DNA from: Balanoglossus misakiensis
Lineage: Eukaryota > Animalia > Hemichordata
Direction of reading: 5' to 3'
DNA: 64,000 bases
Assembly (NCBI GenBank): GCA_040954595.2
Contig: CM082589.2
Coordinates: 1,789,910 to 1,853,909, forward strand
Part shown: positions 56,117 to 64,000 of the stretch, piece by piece
Position numbering within the stretch: the stretch's first letter is position 1
Layout: every line of letters starts with the position of its first letter
Position numbers and translations under genes: made by a program
The notes under the pieces: model-generated
What the model was told of the DNA's origin: nothing
Seen by the model: only the letters and a program-made list of their open reading frames with translations
The model's database searches: none

Positions 56117-59100
56117 TTAAATTTGTTTACAAGGTAGCTGTACCTTTACAGCACTCATTTTGGAGCAATTGGATTGAAACCTTCAGCCTAGCTAATCAAA
56201 TAAAATCAATATGTTCAGCAATGTTGACATCCATCCTTGTCAGCATGAGTTTAATTTTATTAAATTTTCCAGCGTCATTGCACTTATTTTATGAAGGCAG
56301 CTGTGAGGCCCCTCAATAATTACTTGATTGCCTTTTTTTGATGCTGGATAGTAGGGAAATAGCATACATCTGTTACCCCTCCATTGGTATTAACTGTGTA
56401 GACAAACTGTCAGTGTACATCTTTTGGTAACAATGTTATCAAAGTAATAGTGGACAATTCACAGTCGATAAGGATTTGTCATGACGTGAATTGCTCACAT
56501 TGAAAGGCCTGTTGACCCTCAGCCCTAGTTCTGTGTACAAGTGTCTGTGGACAATAGCAATGTGCTGTTGCACATTTTTCACTCATGCAAATATCACCAG
56601 GTAAACAGTTGGAAAAAACGCTTGTCTGCATCTGCCATGCAAAGATGGAAAATTTATTTCAGTTTCAGAGAAGTTCACTACTTATCTTTAAAACTTTTTC
56701 ACCTGCATTCATAAAATATTAGTAACTAGCAATCAATTTTTAAATGATAAGAGGCATAGTTGATTAAATTTCTTGTACCAGAATTTTCATCAATATTTTG
56801 ACTAGTCCAGTTCATATGTCTGTGCGAGATCCATGACCATTGAAGAACTTAATGCGTAACTTGACAGACATGGACTCTAGAAGGTCATGCCAGGTCAGGC
56901 AATTTGACAGTCCAATGAAATAACCTTTCCATCTAAATTTTCTTCAATGTCTCCAAGTAGTTCATTAAAACATGAAATATCACTCAGTACGAATGACTGT
57001 CACGGCAAATTGACAGCGAAAATAGCAGACAAACCAGGACTAGTCAAGAACCTCTTTTCAAATACAGTGTACAGCGTTTTCAGAGCATTCTGAGCGACGG
57101 GACAAAGTGTTTCACAGTATGATTGTGTGAAAATTCTCTGCAAATGATGAATGGCGTACCAACTTTGAAAGGAATGAAAAGAAGCAGTCTGCAAAATGTC
57201 AGTGTTGGATGTTTTGTGATTAATGGATAAAATCCATACAGGATTGAGATTGGTGATTTTTAATGTACATTCTCTTTGCTAACTCTCTCTCTTTCATATC
57301 AGTTTTCTTTTCTGATAAATTAATAGATACACATGATAGATTTGGGTCAGTCAGCACTGATGGTTGAGGCTTTAATTTCCGTTGATTACTGAGAATTGTA
57401 GTATAGCACCTCAGATGTTTTCACTAAACATACAATCTCATCATCAGGCTGACAGCTAGACTAGATAGCTAGATGAGAAAATTAGATAATGAGCAAATAT
57501 GTGGAATTTTCATTCAATGCGTAGCAAGCTCTGATTATTGAATTATAAAATGTTATTAGAGAATCTGCAATGATTCCCACGACTGTTGTGTCACATATTC
57601 TCATATACAGACATTAACGAAGAAAGAATAGATTGCTTTTGACGTGTGAAATCCTCGACTCAATAGTGCCGATGTAAATTTCTCTCGTCGATTCTAAAAT
57701 ACCAGAATAGCTGTTCAAATGTTAATTGCCTCAGTACCTGTAAAGTAGACTTACACCAGGTGGCTGATGGACAAGCCACAGGGGTATTCAGACACTTTTT
57801 ATAGAAAAAATCGAACATCATTTGATGTCCCCGCTTTCTGCATAGCAGATATTGCTGTCTTGCCAGTAGGTAGAAACTCAATACATTGCAATTGTTGGAG
57901 GAAGCATTGTTCAGGTTGATGTCACAACACTTTCATTATACTTGCTTCGTGCCTCTATGAAACGTATACTGTGAAAGAAATATTAAACACAGGCCTTGTA
58001 GAATAGCTACAAATTGAATACTCAGTGTGATAGAGAGTATAAGTGTAATTATATTCTTCATATTGATTTCATGTGTAGCAGTGTGTTTCTGTACTTGACA
58101 GTCTACAGTTCAAACAGAACAGACCTCTCCGAACATCTGCTGTCTAATGCATCGTTTCATCTGCCTGTCCTACCATTGACAAATAAATTATAAAATATCA
58201 ACCATATTTTCCAGTGCCAGTGGTTTCCAAAAATGTGATGTTTTTCAGGGCAGTGGCAATGCTGCATGCTGGGATAGTCATCTGTTAAAGAAACAACTGG
58301 AAATAAATTGATGTTTCATGTTGAGTGTTTAATAAAACTCTTACTCCTGAACCCTACGGCGTTCAACCATAAAATAACTCTGTTTTGTATAGTGCATGGA
58401 GTTCCATAAATATGCAAGTTTATGATGCTGTACAGAAACACAGACTAACGCTCTAACATTCTCATTCTTACTAAAACACTTCTTTTATTAACATGCTATC
58501 AGTCAGTATGGAATATCGCCATCATCTAGGCCAACATCAAGGTGGTAAGTGGGCAACATAGCTCTTCAAATTCAAGTTCAAATGTTGCTGCATGAATTAG
58601 TTTACTCACTGCTTTGAACAGAGTGATTGCGTGCAATTGTGTGCATTATATTTCTGCCATCTATATCAAAATATGAATGGAAAAAATGATAGCTGAATTA
58701 CACCTTGGATCTGAACGAGGGTGTATTTTTTTTACTAATGCATGACTTAAAAAATCATAGAATAGAAATAGAAAGATGTGTTTCTAATTCTGTGGTATTT
58801 GATTTCCATGCATTTACTTTTCATGTACGTGCTATAGTGCGTGGCTTTCATCCAGATTAATTTCTTCACAGCTTTTTTATAATTGTAGAACATTTCACCA
58901 CACTGTGCCCACAAGATTTGTCTTCTGTACATGAAAATTTCCAAGAGTTCCCAAATAGCATACGGTAAAAACTAAATGAATGCATCGCCAAACTTTATTG
59001 CTCAGCATATATGATGGGCCTATAAATTGTAAAATTACGGACAATACCCAATATAGCGATTAAAGAATAGGTCAATAACAGATTAATATCGGGCCAGGGA

Positions 59101-61360
59101 GAAAAATGTGGATTGTGATGTCAGTATGTCTCATGCTGAGAATCAAGAAACAAACTCTGAAATTAACATTCACACCGCATACTATTTTCAGTCTGAGATT
59201 CACTGAAGCAAATCAAAGTAAAACCAGGCTTGACACCAAGAATGGCTCTTTAGGATTGCATTTTCCACTAAATTAGCTGTCACTCGGGGCAACCGACTTT
59301 TCCGATTCCAGACCTGGCAAAGAGAGGGAATGTCATTTTATTCACTCAAGTGAAAGCAATTACTCTAATACCAACATGATGTGCATGAAAACTTTAATAC
59401 TCAAGTTACTGTAGCATAGATTCTACTTCGATATGCTCTTAGTTTAATGAATTTGCCAGAGGAAAAAATGACTGTCAAATTTATGGTTTAATTTGTAAAT
59501 GGGATTCTCTTGTGTTCATTTTATAGTAAATAACATTTATTGCTCGTCCCGTTCAATTATTTACGTCGACCAGTTCAAATTGTTCGTTCCATTTTTGGCT
59601 GGTTGATACCATTGTGTACGGATGAATATTGCTCATGTTCATAATTTTGAGTCTACTTTGTTTCAAGTTCCTTGCTCTTCTCACTAAAACTCTTTCAGTG
59701 AATGAGTGTGTTACCGAGCAATACTGGTAATCTCACATTGGAACTTAGAGGGCGCTCTACATTTCTCAACTCTTGTTAGCAGATGAAACAAAGCTTGATA
59801 AAAAGTTGAAACAGAGCAAAAAAAGGAAATGGTCATGTTAATTTAACTGATACAGCTATTATACAACACTGATGCCTGTTTCAGTTTGTGCATAATTTGA
59901 AAGTACTTGGAAATTAATGACAAGTGTGCTGTCAGTTCACCAATAAGACACAATACATCACAAAAGATTTCTCTTTAATTTCATTTCTATCATTCAATAT
60001 GTAACATCACTGGGTTGACTGACAGTACATTTAGTTCAGTTCCCCAAATTGACATAAACTTTTTCAGAACTACAGCCTGTAGTGTAGAGTATGCACACTG
60101 TGCTTGACACAGGAAAAATAGTTCCTTTCCCAGCTATTCATCCAAGTCATTCAAGTGATTGATTGTATTAGTTTTAATTCCGAGGAAGAGGTGCTTAATA
60201 CCGAGAGCTTTTCATCATCGTTTTTGTTAAGAGCAAGGTTATTTCTAGCATCATTCATCATATAGACTCTAACAAGGTATTTTATGTTTTCTGCAAACCC
60301 ATTTCATTCGGTGGAGAGAGTTGATTAGTGTCTTGATGGATTGGCCAGACATGTTATACTGAAGAGTAATCTTATAGAGAATAAGACTTTTCTAATGTGT
60401 ATTCCAACATAGTTATTTTAAACAAATTAAAGGCAAACTTATTTATTAAGCATTTAAAAAAAAGACCAGACGTAACATAGACTTGTGAGAAATGAACCAG
60501 AACTGTTTACAATTATATTCCATGGCCCCCATGTGTGTCACTGCAGTTGCCTAGCAATGGTAAACATCGTGATGTTTCTATAGGAAGTGGAGGAAATTCA
60601 GAGTTTATATTAAAACTTCCAACATGTCACACAAAGGAAGTTATGTCCTGAGATCACTCAACACCTGCTCAACATTGATAATGAGATTCTGACAGGCAAG
60701 AAATCACACTACATCTGAAACCTCTCTCTGTTGATATCGGAAAAATTTCCCGTTTTACTGTATTTTGGAGAATGGATATTATCTTATGAAGCTCAGTATA
60801 TCTACCCAAGGCTGTGTAATACAGAATGTCCATGAAAATCACATCACAGCAATTAAAACCTAGACAGGAGTGTTTTATACTAATGCTACCTGTGAGCAAT
60901 CCATTGTGAGATCACGGCATCAGACACTAAAATCAGATCATTATGTATTTATCATCGCTAATATAATTTCTAAGAGGTTGCTTGCTTCTTTTGTATGAAA
61001 GTGTGTTTTCTTAGCAATCAAATCAGGCAGTGGCAAAGGTCGTTGGTTTGGAATGAAAGTTGCAGTGGTTGTTAAGGTTGTAGCGGGCAAACAAGTGCGG
61101 TGTCTCAGTGCTGCTATGCGATCCCACTGAATAGACTCTCCGTGAATAATTAACAATATGCAGAGAGCCAGCTTTTCTCATGCAAATGAGCCACGTCGAT
61201 TTGATTTCATGTGCGTGTACAGTCGGACTGGGGAATCAAAGACTCTGTGCCTATATTGGCTTACAAGCCGGGGTCAAAATGAAGTCAGTGCCGTGTAACT
61301 GCATTCGTACCTGAAAAAAATGGCGGCAAGATGGTGCCCACCCCTGATTAGGAATTAACG

Positions 61361-61437
61361 ATGAGTGCGTATTCGCTACGTGGGAATATTTTAAATCGGC
61401 TGAAAGAGGACCGGCATCTCAGTCTCTACACAAGAAG
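61361..61437 (+). CDS. Candidate alternative first coding exon D (below the ORF-track cut-off)
   Basis: YY1-type AAAATGGCGGC at 61317-61327, then an ATG giving MSAYSLRGNILNRLKEDRHLSLYTR, ending at AG/gtattt (phase 2). Confidence 0.4.
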
Positions 61438-64000
61438 GTATTTACACTGTATTGTGTTCATGTGTTTCCTATTGTATCATACATGAAAAAAATGCTTCCT
61501 ACTGCAATCTCAGTGTAGTCATAATACTATTGGCCACATACATTCGGGAAAATCAACCGCCAAACCAGCAATGCAAAATATTCAACAGCGTCAGGGTATA
61601 TCATGCCAGATTAGAACGAATCGCTTGCCTGTGTTTATTCTCACTGGTTATTTAACCTAGATGAAATAAAATCAGAGCCCCCCATAAAATGATCAAAAAA
61701 GAATTCACACAGTGCCTGGCAACCACCTGTTAGATTAGGTATCTGATAATCAAACCTGTAAAAAACGAAAATAATCCAGTGTTCTAGTCGAGTTTGAAAT
61801 TGTGCAACAATCTGAATTATTAACTTGTCTCACTCCAATAAATTATTAGTGCAACACTGCATGCAACATTAATGAGCATATAGCCAAAGGTAAAATTGTG
61901 TACTTCTCTGAAAACTAAATGATCTTGCTTAGTCTGGCCGTTAATAGAGTGTCCATTTCATCAAAATTTGTCCTATTTCAGTATGTGATAGTCACAATGC
62001 ATGCAAATCTTGCATACTCTCATGTTGTGCTACACAAAAATTCTCAAAATAGTCCAATTGTTCCCTTTGAGGTGCTATTGTGTTTTTAAAACTATAAACA
62101 CTTATATCACATTACACAAGAGTTCAGTGGAATCATTTACAGGTCATGAAGTATACACTGTGGTCTACTCTTAGAGTATGATTAAAATCATTGTCTAAAT
62201 CAGGTAGAATTCTGGTGTTTATATTTATTCAGGCACTGCAGTGAAAGAATGCTTTAGCAAATAAAATTGTAACACTGCTGTGTTAACTATGGATTGTAGG
62301 ATCTGTCTATTTGTCATTCAAACAGAAGCTACATAACTGTATCAGCATGTGACAGACCTAATCACCTTATGGCTTCATACTGGTTTGTGTATATTTGGTT
62401 GAATACTTGTTGTAAAAAATATTTCATAAGTACCAGGAATTATAAACACCACAGTTGAGCAGAAGCAGAACATTAATTAATGTTGCTTTGGAATTGTATG
62501 ACAAGAAATTTCCTCATTAAAATTCTAAAATTTCATTCTCTACAGAATTCAGAAATTTGATAATTGATATCTGAAACTTGAATTTTCTTCTCTTTTCATA
62601 TGCCACTGTTGAGTAATACAAAAAAGGATTAGATGTCAATTCAAAATGTTGATTGAATTTCTTTCCTGATCATTTATAAACGGCTGGTTTGTGAAATTCT
62701 TCCCCACTGCCTTCAGAGTGGTTGGATACCAATTGTTCCGTGTGACTGTATTTTCTCACATTCATAAACATTGTATTCATGCTGTTACACTTTGCATGTC
62801 ATTGTCAATCCACTGTCCCTGGTGGCAAACACTCCATCCTTTGTTCAGAGCTCAGTCAGTGTTCCCATTCGTGACCCTCCCTGAGGGCAACATGGACAAC
62901 TGGGGAGGGAGAGTATTGTTCAATAAATTTGTTTCCCCCAAGGGTGAAATAAAATGGAGTCTATAATGTTACCTACGAACGAGAAATAGATAATTACATG
63001 TATGAGGATACACGAATTATGAGACAGAAATTTGTCAATATCTGTCACCAATAGTATATAGCTAGTACACCCCAATGTACATCATATTGGCTGATTAAAC
63101 TGATAGCGTTTATTATTTTGATTGTGTGGCAGTTGCCCTTTGACAGTGCAATCAGTTGCTTGTCTTGGTGAGAATTCTGCAGTGTGGGAGAACTATTTGT
63201 TATGTCAGATTTTATATTTGATTGTCTTAATTTGAGTAAAAATAGGTGTAGTTGGGAATATGTACAGTAACTGATCAGCACAAGGGGTTGCTGATAGTGG
63301 TCGATATTTAGTGGTTTGTTTGGTAGATTCTTGTGTTACCATGTAAAGTGCTGGAGTAATAGTTAAACAAGATAAATGCCATGTAGTGAGCACACATACA
63401 CTGGCAGAGCACTCAATTGCTTTATTTTAAAGCACGGTAACGTCGGTTAGTGTTTTAAAGCCAGTCCTTTGAGCTATATATTCACATACATGTGCCCTGC
63501 CAACAGCATGAAAAAAAAGAGTTAAGAAATGGTTGTCTGACACAGGATATTTGCTAGGATTTCCTAGGATTATTTTAAGTCCAGATCTTGGGGAGGATAA
63601 ATTGTTAAATCTTATTTGCCCGGCAACAGATGTCCCGGGCTCCCTTATAATTATCAAGCCACAGACACCTTTCATTATATGTTCATAAAGAACTTTTTTT
63701 TGCTGCAGGATTAAATCAAGACGTGTTGGCTGATGTAAGCTATGGGTTGCTTTTGCCCCTAGCTTGTAGAGCACACTTGTCTTACAATCTGTAATGCAGT
63801 CTACCAACCATGAAGGTCAGAGGTATATTTTCGGATGTGTTATGATCTGAAATGAAATAGTCAGCGTTATCCTATGAGGGGAAAGTTGCTTGATCCCTGG
63901 GTGTTTCAGTATGATCCCATGCCATCCCAAGGGGAAAAAAAACTTTTAGCTAATATTCTGCACGTCTCAAAGCACCTCATTCAGTGTGTTGATAAAGTGC

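Overview
Eukaryotic, intron-rich, AT-rich animal DNA. The GT-AG introns, TTAGGG repeats, vertebrate-like protein sequences and intronless TLR suggest a marine invertebrate deuterostome such as a hemichordate or echinoderm; this is an inference. The first 43 kb is gene-dense. In order: the 3' part of a multi-repeat beta-thymosin gene (at least 12 one-repeat exons, strictly alternating 108/120 nt), PTER (-), VPS28 (-), NSMCE1 (+), an intronless Toll-like receptor (+), a 4-exon TMEM14 gene missed by the ORF track (-), PPP1R8/NIPP1 (+), NUP153 (-) and CSE1L/exportin-2 (+). Six of these form three head-to-head pairs. The last 20 kb has no recognisable protein domain, but holds four candidate alternative first coding exons that all end in phase-2 donors, plus many RFX X-box motifs. 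Several tiny non-autonomous DNA transposons are present, one carrying telomeric repeats. The best novelty candidates are the alternating two-class poly-thymosin, a PTER with replaced substrate-binding arginines, a TLR3-like ectodomain on a Pro-BB-loop TIR, and the multi-promoter gene at the right end. Exon boundaries were read by eye and homologies come from recalled sequences; no searches were run.
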